DNA of 64,000 nt from NCBI GenBank assembly GCA_000182565.2, contig KQ257458.1. One strand, written 5' to 3'. Position 1 is the stretch's first letter, and every line of letters starts with the position of its first letter. The DNA is from Spizellomyces punctatus DAOM BR117 (taxonomy: Eukaryota). A program made the translations under genes and the position numbers. A model generated the notes under the pieces. It ran no database searches. It had not been told where the DNA came from and worked only from the letters and a program-made list of their open reading frames with translations. Below, piece after piece: positions 1 through 8,645 of the stretch.

Positions 1-1904
1 CTGTAGGCGAACGAGGATTCCGAACCACATCGTCCATAGAAAATACTCGGTTTACCATCGCTCTCAAGAATCCTGAGTAAATTGCGTGACAACATTGACT
101 TTTTGAAATTTGGATACATTCTTTGAAGAACTTCAGATGCTATTCCTGGTAGCGTTTTATCATTAAAGTCCACTGCGAGTTTCTCGGAGATCTCTCTTCT
201 TTTTGTAAAATTGTTGTCTAGACGTATTTCGTTTCCGCCTGGGAGGATTATATCTTTGACGCAACAATCGCTTCCTTTGCTAGAAATGACATTCCGAACC
301 TTAGGGATGACAAGGGTTTGTTTAATGTATTCTAGAAAGACACTTTCAATCAAGTGGCTTTCATTGAAATCTTTTAGTATGTACACACGATGTTTATCTG
401 ATTTGGTTGCTTCTTGCTCACAAATATCATCTACCGTCGATTTCAAGTCACAGTTTGTTTCAACAAAGATCCATTGAACATCCTTGCCGGGATTCTCTCT
501 CTCTACATCTGCACCGGGATCTTTCTTCTTCTTCTTCTTTTTGCTGACATCTACATTTTCAGACTGGATCATTTCAGCCTTTACCCGTTCGCGTAATGAT
601 TGCTGAAATTTCACATCATGTATCTCTGCGAAATGGTTATCATATACCCAACCATAAAGGGCTGGTAAAGTCCATTTAAACGCCCACTGATTACCTACAA
701 TCTTCTTCATTACCTCACCTTTCTGTTCGATAGATTCATTCGAACAATTGATACGAGCGATGAAGTTCCTGAGACAATCTATCATATAGTAGGATGCACC
801 ATAGCCTAATTTCATCAGTTCAAATGCCAGATTTGGCATATTCCGTGCGCTTGCTCCGTTGTCCAAAGACTCGATTCTAAGAGCATTCATGAGCCATTGG
901 TCATCCATAATCTCTCTACATCCTTTTCGATTTTGTGAACTATAGCCCCAGGTATGCCTGATGGCTTTAATCAAACAACGCCCCTGAGGAATTCCGTCAG
1001 GGTGTATGGGCATGCCATCTGTAAGATCCTTCTTTTCATCAAACAGTATCATATCTACAAGTTTTGCATCAGTCGTGACATCGATGACAGAGAACACATA
1101 TGTTTCAATGCGAATGAAGTCATTGTACTCGTCGTCTCTGTACATGGCAAGGCATCCGTCAGTTTCTTCATATTCCTCGATTAACTTTTGTGCTTTCTTA
1201 GGTGTCATTTTCCCGCGAACATTTTTGAAGACATGGTTACTTTGTTTACTCAGTGATTCCCGAAAGTGTGGAAAGTTTTTATCCTCTTCATGCAGAGGTT
1301 CTTGTCTTCCAAACACACCATGATTTTCTTCGAAATCATTCTCCTTTTGATCTATCTCATGCATCCAGTTACCTTTTTTCTGCCTACGAAGATCTTGTAC
1401 TTTTTTGTAACGATGATCCCTTGATCTGGCAAATCGGTCACCTTCCGTATATTCACGCTCACTATAAAATGGAGCCGTGTTCATCTCACACCAGTAAAGA
1501 AGATGTGTCCATTCGATTGCATAATCGGCTATTTGTTTTCTAGTGGCAGCGCCTTTCTCAGCGGCTTCCTTTCGCTTTTTAATAGCAGCCTGAGCCCTCT
1601 CTTGAATTTCTCTCATCTCGCGCTCTTCCGCTTCTTTATTAAGCCTTCTCGTCTCTCTGGCCTTTTCAGCAATAGCCTGCTTTTGAGCCTCAGTGCGTCT
1701 CGCTGCAGCAATTCTTTTTTCTCACTCAGATTGTAGGAATCTTGGTACTCGATGTATTTGAAGGTTCTCTAGTGCTTCTCGTCGTTTCTTAGTCCAGTTC
1801 TTACGTGAGAAGTTTCCAGAGACGATCTTCCGCATCATCTTCTCGAAAGGCTTCGAGTCTTCTTTTACGTTTCTGTTTGCGATTGGGTCAAAAATCAAAG
1901 ACAT
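1..1904 (-). pseudogene. Large viral ORF (>=634 codons, runs off the window), probably the N-terminal part of a protein-primed family B DNA polymerase/replicase; one in-frame TGA at 1722-1724
   Basis: Manual translation: the frame of ORF 1722..1904 continues with no further stop from 1721 to the window edge. It ends ...KLAVDFNDKTLPGIASEVLQRMYPNFKKSMLSRNLLRILESDGKPSIFYGRCGSESSFAY, which resembles the region before motif A in PLV PolBs. Catalytic motifs are not in the window. Confidence 0.5.
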
Positions 1905-1973
1905 AGTAAATAGAAATATATAGTGTTAAAAAATAAATATTTTCAAAGCTTTAAACGTATTTGTTCTTCGAAT

Positions 1974-2070
1974 GATCCCGGCGCAGAGCCATATCCCGGC
2001 GCAGAGCCATATGCCGGAAGGCATGCCGGCAGGCATGCCGGGCGCGGAGCGGCCAATCCCGGCAGGGATG
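1974..2070 (+). repeat. GC-rich mini-hairpin module cluster (intergenic copy)
   Basis: ATCCCGGCGCAGAGCCAT twice, then ATGCCGGAAGGC, ATGCCGGCAGGC, ATGCCGGGCGCGGAGCGGCCA and ATCCCGGCAGGGAT. Confidence 0.95.
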
Positions 2071-2071
2071 T

Positions 2072-2383
2072 TCATGCGAAGTGAGCAACTTTTACTGGAT
2101 CATCAGGAATAGCCACTTTTCGATTTATTTTAAAGCATCTCCGCTTAGGAGGAGGTGGTGGTTTTCGTATACATGGTAACTTTTCTATAGCATACATCTT
2201 TGAAATAGGCGATTCTGCTAACCCATGTATTATATTATGAATGTACGAGCACGAGACACCTAACCTGTTAGCAATCTCTATGGCTGCCCGATAGTCATTT
2301 ACAAATGTTCTAGAACCATCTTCTTCGATCTTGTATACCCTGTAGCGATCCTTCGTGTTTATCGATCCTGATTTGCGTCCCAT
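2072..2383 (-). CDS. Small basic helix-turn-helix (NUMOD1-like) DNA-binding protein, viral
   Basis: YRAAIEIANRLGVSCSYIHNIIHG fits an HTH/NUMOD1-like pattern; basic Pro-rich tail; AT-rich upstream region. Confidence 0.6.
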   Translation of the reverse strand: MGRKSGSINTKDRYRVYKIEEDGSRTFVNDYRAAIEIANRLGVSCSYIHNIIHGLAESPISKMYAIEKLPCIRKPPPPPKRRCFKINRKVAIPDDPVKVAHFA

Positions 2384-2665
2384 GTTAAAATATATTGTGT
2401 ATACAAAATATTATTTCTCTTTGTTTAAACGTGTGTGTTTATTAGCAAACGTTGTACAAAAGCTCTATAACAACGCCCCTACATGACGCTAAACAAAGGG
2501 ATATCTATGTACATTGTGCTACGAAACACCTTTACAGACTGTTTTTGTCGTTTTGTATTTTTTTTCTGGTTTTGTTGTTTCCATGTCTGTTCTTCAAACG
2601 GACGACATAATTTTTTTGTTGATTTCATGGATTTTTTAGCGTGTGTCAACGGTAATTGAAGAGAA

Positions 2666-3397
2666 TCAAGCAGCGGCGCTACTGCTTCCTACATCTGGAG
2701 GATTGATAACATCAGCATGGACAATGTCCTGATCGCTCACTTTAGCCTTGACGCTCTTTCTGCGCTTAGGGATGCTAGCTGCTATGAGTGCGTTAATCTG
2801 CATCTGCTGCTGCTCGATACGCTCCATGAGCATTTGCTCTAAATTAGCGGAATCCCCATCACGCTCAGGCTCAGGAAAGCCTGCCGGGATGCCTGCCGGC
2901 ATGCCTTCCGGCATATGGCTCTGCGCCGGGATATGGCTCTGCGCCGGGATATGGGTCTGCACCGGGCTTGACCGCTCCGCGCCTGGCATACTCTCTTTCT
3001 CGACACGTCTGCGTTTAGCCTTTTGTGGACTGTAATCGCTGTCATCGGCATCATCGGAATCGTCAGCATCAGATGAAGAACCAGAACTCAAGGTTTCACC
3101 ATCGGACTCTTCGAACTCTTCAAACTTCCTCTTTAACTTGAGAGATGAAGATTTCCGTTGAGTCTCTTCTCGCTTCTTCCGCTTTAGGAGTCGTCTCAGA
3201 TGACCTTTAAGTGATTCTAGCAACTCCTTGTCATCCTTATATATCTTCTGATTATCAGCCATATTTTCTAATAAACACTCGCTTTGCTCGAAGGTGAGAT
3301 CCTCTAGACCCATCTTGAGAGCACGACGCGCTATGGGATGTAGCAAGCCTCCTACAAAGTGCGTCACTTGCCCCCATTGACTCTTTGCAATGGACAT
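2666..3397 (-). CDS. Viral hypothetical protein with basic and acidic tracts and an in-frame GC-module insertion
   Basis: 243-aa ORF with an NLS-like basic stretch and a D/S-rich tract; IPAQSHIPAQSHMPEGMPAGIPAG is encoded by the GC repeat. Confidence 0.7.
   Translation of the reverse strand: MSIAKSQWGQVTHFVGGLLHPIARRALKMGLEDLTFEQSECLLENMADNQKIYKDDKELLESLKGHLRRLLKRKKREETQRKSSSLKLKRKFEEFEESDGETLSSGSSSDADDSDDADDSDYSPQKAKRRRVEKESMPGAERSSPVQTHIPAQSHIPAQSHMPEGMPAGIPAGFPEPERDGDSANLEQMLMERIEQQQMQINALIAASIPKRRKSVKAKVSDQDIVHADVINPPDVGSSSAAA
2880..2990 (-). repeat. GC-rich mini-hairpin module cluster inside a CDS, inverted relative to 1974-2070
   Basis: 2889-2950 is the exact reverse complement of 1975-2036 (62 bp). 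Confidence 0.95.
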
Positions 3398-3542
3398 GTT
3401 TCAAGTTCGGTTAGGTGTTTCAGAAAATGTAGCTATGTTTCAGATTCGGTTAGATGTTTCAGAATTATGGCGCGTGTTTCAGAACACGTATCTGATGTTT
3501 CAGATTCAGTTAAATGTTTCAAATCATACCTGATGTTTCAAA
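3397..3542. repeat. Array of eight phased TGTTTCA direct repeats (iteron/operator-like)
   Basis: Copies start at 3397, 3416, 3436, 3455, 3475, 3496, 3515 and 3534 (19-21 bp spacing), immediately upstream of the 2666..3397 gene. Confidence 0.85.
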
Positions 3543-3684
3543 CCCGTACTCGTGCTAATGGGAGAAAAGATACACCGAGTGCCTTTTTATGCCACCGGCT
3601 TGTACTCAGGGACGCCCTTCCGTTCAATGGAAAGAATCTTGGCATCCCTGCCGGCATAGTCTTGGCATTTCTTGGCGCCGTTTT

Positions 3685-3855
3685 TTAAACATAAACAACA
3701 CGCCTCACGACTCTTCCAGAACCGTAGCGTCGCTTACGTGTTGCTGCGGCTTTTCTAGCAGCGATGATGCGCCTGTTTCTTGCACGAGCAGCCGCTCTAA
3801 GTCCTTTATTCGGCATGGCCGATACGTTGACGAGTTTTCGATGTGTTTTTGTCAT
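3685..3855 (-). CDS. 56-aa Arg/Ala-rich basic protein, candidate genome-condensing core protein (not in the ORF track)
   Basis: Manual translation: MTKTHRKLVNVSAMPNKGLRAAARARNRRIIAARKAAATRKRRYGSGRVVRRVVYV*. It has no acidic residues, lies directly downstream of the MCP, and is preceded by TTTTTTCTAAGCT. Confidence 0.7.
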   Translation of the reverse strand: MTKTHRKLVNVSAMPNKGLRAAARARNRRIIAARKAAATRKRRYGSGRVVRRVVYV

Positions 3856-3917
3856 ATTCTTCTTGAGGCTTACCTAACCAAAGCTTAGAAAAAATCATCG
3901 TGGTTCCTGTTGTTGAA

Positions 3918-5306
3918 CTATGCTGGTAACAAGCGAACACCATCACGGTCGATGCGCATCTCATGGTCAGTTGTCCAGAAAACATGGAATGTCTTGTCCT
4001 TGAATGTCTGAATATAATCGGGGTTAGCCGTAGTACCATCCGCTAGAGTAGGGCTTGGAAAATCGGCTACTTCTGGAGGGTTGGGATATTGACTCACATT
4101 GATGAGAATACGCCCATCGGCTAGAGTATTCAAACCACCGCCGATCATATCTGGACTTTGCTTGAAATTTTGCCTCCATGACCAATGCTGTATCTTTTTG
4201 CCTGCTAGTGCCCATCCTTCCAAATCGGACATAGTGGGGGCAAATCGCACATCATTGAAATCTTTATTACGTTGGCTTAATGCATACATTTCAGGATCTA
4301 CAGTAGGTATAATATTAGTACCAGCACGAGCGGAACCGTTGGCAATCGCTTTTCCCTCAGGGAACCGCTGCGTACCCACCTGGATACTAACTGTTCTAAT
4401 CCCAGCATCTTCACTGAAATTCAATTTGTCTACATCAGTTCGAACATTGTCAGTTGTCACCAACATCAATGACGAAACAGAGGACTGCTCACCAGTCACA
4501 AGTGACAATTGCTGTACGCGACTGGCTTGCCCAGCAAACTCCTGACTCCACACAACTTGCATGGGGATGGTCAAGTATTCGTTGCTCTCCATTAGGCTAA
4601 GGATCTTGTTGTAGTATTCGGGTATGGGCTCGGCGAACTGGCAAATGAGTTCGTTCTGGACAATCTTGAATGAATCTATTCCTGTGGATGTGGGGAAAAT
4701 TTTGGCAAGTTCACTCTCTGCGGTCATCTCGACCTGGACACCACCTTTGACAAGACAGAGAGGGAAAGCCACTTCATTTTGAAAGAATGACAGTGATGAG
4801 CCAGTGACAGTGTATGCCCTGTTTTTAGCAACCACTGCTGAACGGTCGTTAGCCGCATCACTCGAATAATATTCACATTGCCCAAGATGTTGTTTGGTTT
4901 CCCACGATGTTAGAGCGTTTTCATGTGCGGTGAACAAATTATAATCATTGAGATCTTCGATGATCCTTCCATTAATAAGAACACTTTGGCGTTTCCATAC
5001 AGCATCTGTTCCTGATTGACATAGCCTGTGGGTTGCAGTGGCAGAAACGATTTCCTGTCTATTTGCATCAAGCCCTACGACACGATATTTATGTAAGGTT
5101 TCATTCACAAGCCAAAAACGCTTGTCATCGGCTATTTTAAAAGTGATTTTGCTGCCAAAGTTACAGTCACCCGATCCGTTGGTAGGCTCGAAGCGAACCT
5201 GACTAGATGGCTGAAAATTCAGCACAACCCCGTTCTTGGCATTGCGCTTATACGTAAAGACGTTTGGGACTCGTCGAACCTCAGTTACCTGAATTCCTGA
5301 AGACAT
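3918..5306 (-). CDS. Major capsid protein, double jelly-roll type (PLV-like)
   Basis: 462 aa and beta-rich. FEPTNG..NFGSKITFKIADDKRFW and AVWKRQSVLINGRIIEDLNDYN match the pattern of PLV MCP N-termini; adjacent to the ATPase and penton genes. Confidence 0.8.
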   Translation of the reverse strand: MSSGIQVTEVRRVPNVFTYKRNAKNGVVLNFQPSSQVRFEPTNGSGDCNFGSKITFKIADDKRFWLVNETLHKYRVVGLDANRQEIVSATATHRLCQSGTDAVWKRQSVLINGRIIEDLNDYNLFTAHENALTSWETKQHLGQCEYYSSDAANDRSAVVAKNRAYTVTGSSLSFFQNEVAFPLCLVKGGVQVEMTAESELAKIFPTSTGIDSFKIVQNELICQFAEPIPEYYNKILSLMESNEYLTIPMQVVWSQEFAGQASRVQQLSLVTGEQSSVSSLMLVTTDNVRTDVDKLNFSEDAGIRTVSIQVGTQRFPEGKAIANGSARAGTNIIPTVDPEMYALSQRNKDFNDVRFAPTMSDLEGWALAGKKIQHWSWRQNFKQSPDMIGGGLNTLADGRILINVSQYPNPPEVADFPSPTLADGTTANPDYIQTFKDKTFHVFWTTDHEMRIDRDGVRLLPA

Positions 5307-5338
5307 TGTGGTTTAACTTACACATCTAGAAAAAAAAA

Positions 5339-5365
5339 ACGTCACTTTTTAAGAAAAAGTGACAT
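5339..5365. terminator. AT-rich palindrome between the ATPase and MCP genes (candidate 3'-end hairpin)
   Basis: GTCACTTTTT-AAG-AAAAAGTGAC, a perfect 10-bp stem at 5341-5363. Confidence 0.5.
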
Positions 5366-5486
5366 CAAAAATTGTGCCTTTCGGAAAGGAGTTTGCTGTC
5401 CTAAATAGCCTGAACTCAGTCGGTGTAGCTTAACAAGTTACAATGGTTGTCAAAGCGAGGGGGTCAAAGGGGGACAGCCTATCCCC

Positions 5487-6158
5487 CTACAAAAAACCAA
5501 CTCTAAATGGTCTTTTCGAACTTTGTAGATTTATGTGCACAAAATGAAACGGTTTCTTTGTATTATCCATAACGAACTTTTCAAATACATCTTCAGGTAA
5601 AGCGAGAGATAAGCCTGATTCGATCATTTTCTTAAGTTCACTTTTCAAAGGTCTAAAAATGATCCAGTTCGTCGCATTGCTACGGACAGCGGGACTATTG
5701 TGATAAAAATATTGACTCGACAGGATGCAGGTGATTCCAGCATGTCTACCCCGTGTAGCCAACTCATCGAGTGACTTCTTATGTCCTTTCTGCATATTGT
5801 AGTCATCTATGATAAGAAGTAAATCTCGTTTTCTTCCGCTTCGAACAAATTCATAAAGTTGCTCTTCGTGTATAAAATTGAGTATTTCATTGGAAATCTT
5901 GTCAAATATATGAACCTTTTTGCTCGTTCTTAAAGGGTTCCAATTGGTGTCATGTGGATTTGGTGTGAATATTATGATATTCGAATACTGCTTCTTCAAG
6001 AACAATTTGCATATCACAGCAATGTTTAGCGTTTTACCGCTAAATCGAGCGCCATTGTATACGATAAAACCATACTTTCTAGGAAGCCGTGGATCTGTAT
6101 TATCCTTTATTCATCCAGAGACTTGACTAGGTAAGGGGGCAATTGTGATTGGCTTCAT
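5487..6158 (-). pseudogene. A32/FtsK-like DNA packaging ATPase with a premature TGA at codon 16 (6111-6113)
   Basis: From ATG 6158 it reads MKPITIAPLPSQVSG*IKDNTDPRLPRKYGFIVYNGARFSGKT (Walker A). Walker B is LLLIIDD, followed by the A32-type RGRHAGITCILSSQ and VRSNAT motifs. Confidence 0.9.
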
Positions 6159-6206
6159 TGCACTTGTTTTTTATTTGCTCTCTGTATCTATAATACATTA
6201 GAAGAA

Positions 6207-6950
6207 ATGAAAAAGTTGATTCTCGATAGCAACAGAGCGACGAACGGAAACAGGAATGAACCTAAATGGACTCTAGCCGAACCCATTGCATGTGATAAAA
6301 TTCGATACAATTCAATCATTTTGCCCCTTTCGTGGGACATAGTAAACGACAAGAACAATATTGTCTCCTTTTATGATGCTGGGATGGGTAATGCTGCAAG
6401 GACTTTCGTTATACCTCCTGGTACTTACTCTCCAGATGATTTAGTGGATGCACTGACTGCTGGATTCAACTCTACAGGGACGCAAGCATACACTGTAGAA
6501 TACAATCATATAAACAATCAAATCACAGTGACCGCGGGTACAACACCATTCAAAGTTCTCTACCCTCAAACCACAGCAAGCAAACTGCTCGGATTAGTTC
6601 AGACGCAGCAATCTGACCCTGGGAGATCAATAACTTTTGCGAATCCAATCGATTTGACAGGTGTTAAGATGGTGCTCGTAGCCTCATCTAACATAAGGTC
6701 AAATGATGTCATTTATGCAGGCGCAGATGATTTAAATATCATTGCCTCTATTCCGGTGTCGCAAGAAATTGAAACTGTCCTATGTGTGCAGAATTATTTT
6801 GACACCGACTTCATTGACACAGAGTCTGGCCTTGTTAGTACGATCGACATCCGTTTGCTTGATGCAGAAACATTGCTACCCTTGGATCTACAGGGCAAAG
6901 GGTTCACTTTAGTTCTCGATTGTCATTCCTCCGGCTTTGCAGATGATTAA
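6207..6950 (+). CDS. Minor capsid (penton-like single jelly-roll) protein
   Basis: LILDS at the N-terminus, IPPGTYSPDDL, SKLLGL, IIASIPV and C-terminal IDIRLLD...LDLQG.GFTLVL are typical of PLV/virophage/NCLDV minor capsid proteins. Confidence 0.85.
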   Translation: MKKLILDSNRATNGNRNEPKWTLAEPIACDKIRYNSIILPLSWDIVNDKNNIVSFYDAGMGNAARTFVIPPGTYSPDDLVDALTAGFNSTGTQAYTVEYNHINNQITVTAGTTPFKVLYPQTTASKLLGLVQTQQSDPGRSITFANPIDLTGVKMVLVASSNIRSNDVIYAGADDLNIIASIPVSQEIETVLCVQNYFDTDFIDTESGLVSTIDIRLLDAETLLPLDLQGKGFTLVLDCHSSGFADD

Positions 6951-6977
6951 TTTTTTTTCATTTGGAACATGTAAAAG

Positions 6978-7295
6978 ATGTTGCGTCAAAAATTCGCAAA
7001 CTTTCTCTCAAGTGCAAAAAACTTTGGTCTTAGAGCGCTGAACAGTTATAACAAAGTTAACAACGGTATTAGACAATTTGTTGCCCATGCTGGACAAGCC
7101 AAAGATATCTATGGGAAAGTTCATCAATCTCTTGTCCATGACGAATCTGTACCCGTCAAAGTAAGAGAGACAATTTCATGAGGACGAGGCTATATCGATG
7201 ATCTCCATAAAGGTCTAGGGTGGGGCTATGAGATTCAACAAAATTTTGATTCAGCCTTAAGGAAATCGCTTCCTGTTGAATTAGCGGGGTATTAA
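6978..7295 (+). pseudogene. Small viral protein with an amphipathic N-terminus; in-frame TGA at 7179-7181
   Basis: The frame continues after the TGA as GRGYIDDLHKGLGWGYEIQQNFDSALRKSLPVELAGY* to TAA 7293-7295, which abuts a hairpin. Confidence 0.65.
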
Positions 7296-7319
7296 TGCTA
7301 CTTTTAGAAAAAGTAGCGT
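7295..7319. terminator. AT-rich palindrome between two convergent stop codons
   Basis: ATGCTACTTTT-AGA-AAAAGTAGCGT fills the gap between TAA 7295 and the stop of the opposite-strand gene at 7319. Confidence 0.6.
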
Positions 7320-7579
7320 CAAATGATTTCATTCAAGTCATCACTGTAAAGAGGATTTTCATGAATAATAACATATTCGTTCCAGTTAATACCCCCCGCA
7401 TCAGCGTCTGGGATGATGGTTTCCTTACTGTATGCTAATGCCGGCTCAGGCATGCGAGGTTCCTCCAGTTCTCTTATAATTCGAGAAAGAACTGTTTCCA
7501 TTTCTTGCCCTTCATTCCTTTCAGCCAACTTCTTCCTCAAACGCTCTTGTATCCGTTCCTTCCTTTGCTGAGACGACAT
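7319..7579 (-). CDS. Viral hypothetical protein (MSSQQRKERIQERLRKKLAERN...)
   Basis: Likely start is ATG 7579 after an A-rich leader; divergent from the 7629 gene. Confidence 0.6.
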   Translation of the reverse strand: MSSQQRKERIQERLRKKLAERNEGQEMETVLSRIIRELEEPRMPEPALAYSKETIIPDADAGGINWNEYVIIHENPLYSDDLNEII

Positions 7580-7628
7580 TCTTCTTTTTTTTAATAATAC
7601 TATATAGTAAAATACAGAATAGAACGAT

Positions 7629-8606
7629 ATGTCTGTTGCCGAATTAGTAAAACTACTACAGCAAGGTAACACTGATGTAACTGCTTACAACTCTGAGCAG
7701 GTTGAACGTGATGTGTTCTGGAAAGAAAAAAGAAAATGGGTTGACTCAAAGTTACCTACAGGCTATTTCAAGCACCCGCTGTTAAACAAGTATCGTTCAT
7801 TTGGTAAGGTTGATACACAATTTGTCAGTGACCCATACTATATTGAAATTGATAATAGACGTTTTGGTGAACTGAGAGATGAAAATGGACGCTCTTTGAA
7901 TCCTGATACATTTCGTCCCATTGTGTCTGATGCAGAACTCAAACAGATGCGGGAGGGTCGTACCCGGATGAATGCTCCGAGTGCTAATCAAGAAACTAGG
8001 TATCCGATAAACCACGGTAGTGAAGGATACAAAAATGACATAGATTTGATTGCACGCATCCGACGAATGCGCGAAGGTTATGAAGAGTTTATAAAAGAGG
8101 AAAAACGTAAGGAATTGGCTGACATACAGCGTTTCCGCTCTTCACATGGTATTCACAATCCTGGGGAGAGTTTGCTAGAAACAACTGGCTTGGGCACTAG
8201 GGGTACTGATATTTCTGCCTCAAGAGATGAATACAACATGCAACGTGGCGTGATACGACCTACTCCTGCTTTGTCTGAGAACATCTTTTATGAGGAAGGA
8301 GGCACGCCACCTACACAATTAGTTCTACATAGGCGATCTGAATCACCAACCTCAGGCTTACCATCACTAGCGCCGATGGATGACTCACCATCTCCATCAT
8401 CATCTGCATTTGACTTCACAACAATGCAGCCATCGCCAAGGCTTCACGAGAGGAGAAACCCGAGAGAATCATCCTTGCAGGAAGTTTACAATCCAAGAAC
8501 CGGTAATTGGATTAGAAAAAATGGTAAGGTACACAAGGAACTTAAGAAAGAGTGGGCAAGTAATTCTTATAAGATACCATCATCATGGACAAAAGAACCT
8601 CGCTAA
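7629..8606 (+). CDS. Viral hypothetical protein with a C-terminal NPxTG motif (2-cysteine-adaptor-like)
   Basis: 325-aa ORF; VYNPRTGNWIRKNGKVHKEL resembles the NPxTGRxI module of nucleocytovirus and PLV proteins. Confidence 0.65.
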   Translation: MSVAELVKLLQQGNTDVTAYNSEQVERDVFWKEKRKWVDSKLPTGYFKHPLLNKYRSFGKVDTQFVSDPYYIEIDNRRFGELRDENGRSLNPDTFRPIVSDAELKQMREGRTRMNAPSANQETRYPINHGSEGYKNDIDLIARIRRMREGYEEFIKEEKRKELADIQRFRSSHGIHNPGESLLETTGLGTRGTDISASRDEYNMQRGVIRPTPALSENIFYEEGGTPPTQLVLHRRSESPTSGLPSLAPMDDSPSPSSSAFDFTTMQPSPRLHERRNPRESSLQEVYNPRTGNWIRKNGKVHKELKKEWASNSYKIPSSWTKEPR

Positions 8607-8645
8607 GCGTATTTGGGTTTTTTTATTTTCTATTTACAAGCTAAA

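Noticed and set aside
211-1736. Plus-strand ORFs at 211-1736
   Set aside because: They are shadows of the long minus-strand ORF.
3397-3542. Repeat-spacer pattern as a CRISPR-like array
   Set aside because: The 7-9 bp repeats and ~11 bp linkers are far too short, linkers resemble each other, there are no cas genes, and the context is eukaryotic.
1722-7181. Alternative genetic code or selenocysteine to explain the in-frame TGAs
   Set aside because: TGG is used for Trp, several viral ORFs appear to end in TGA, and the contexts fit Arg with no shared readthrough signal.
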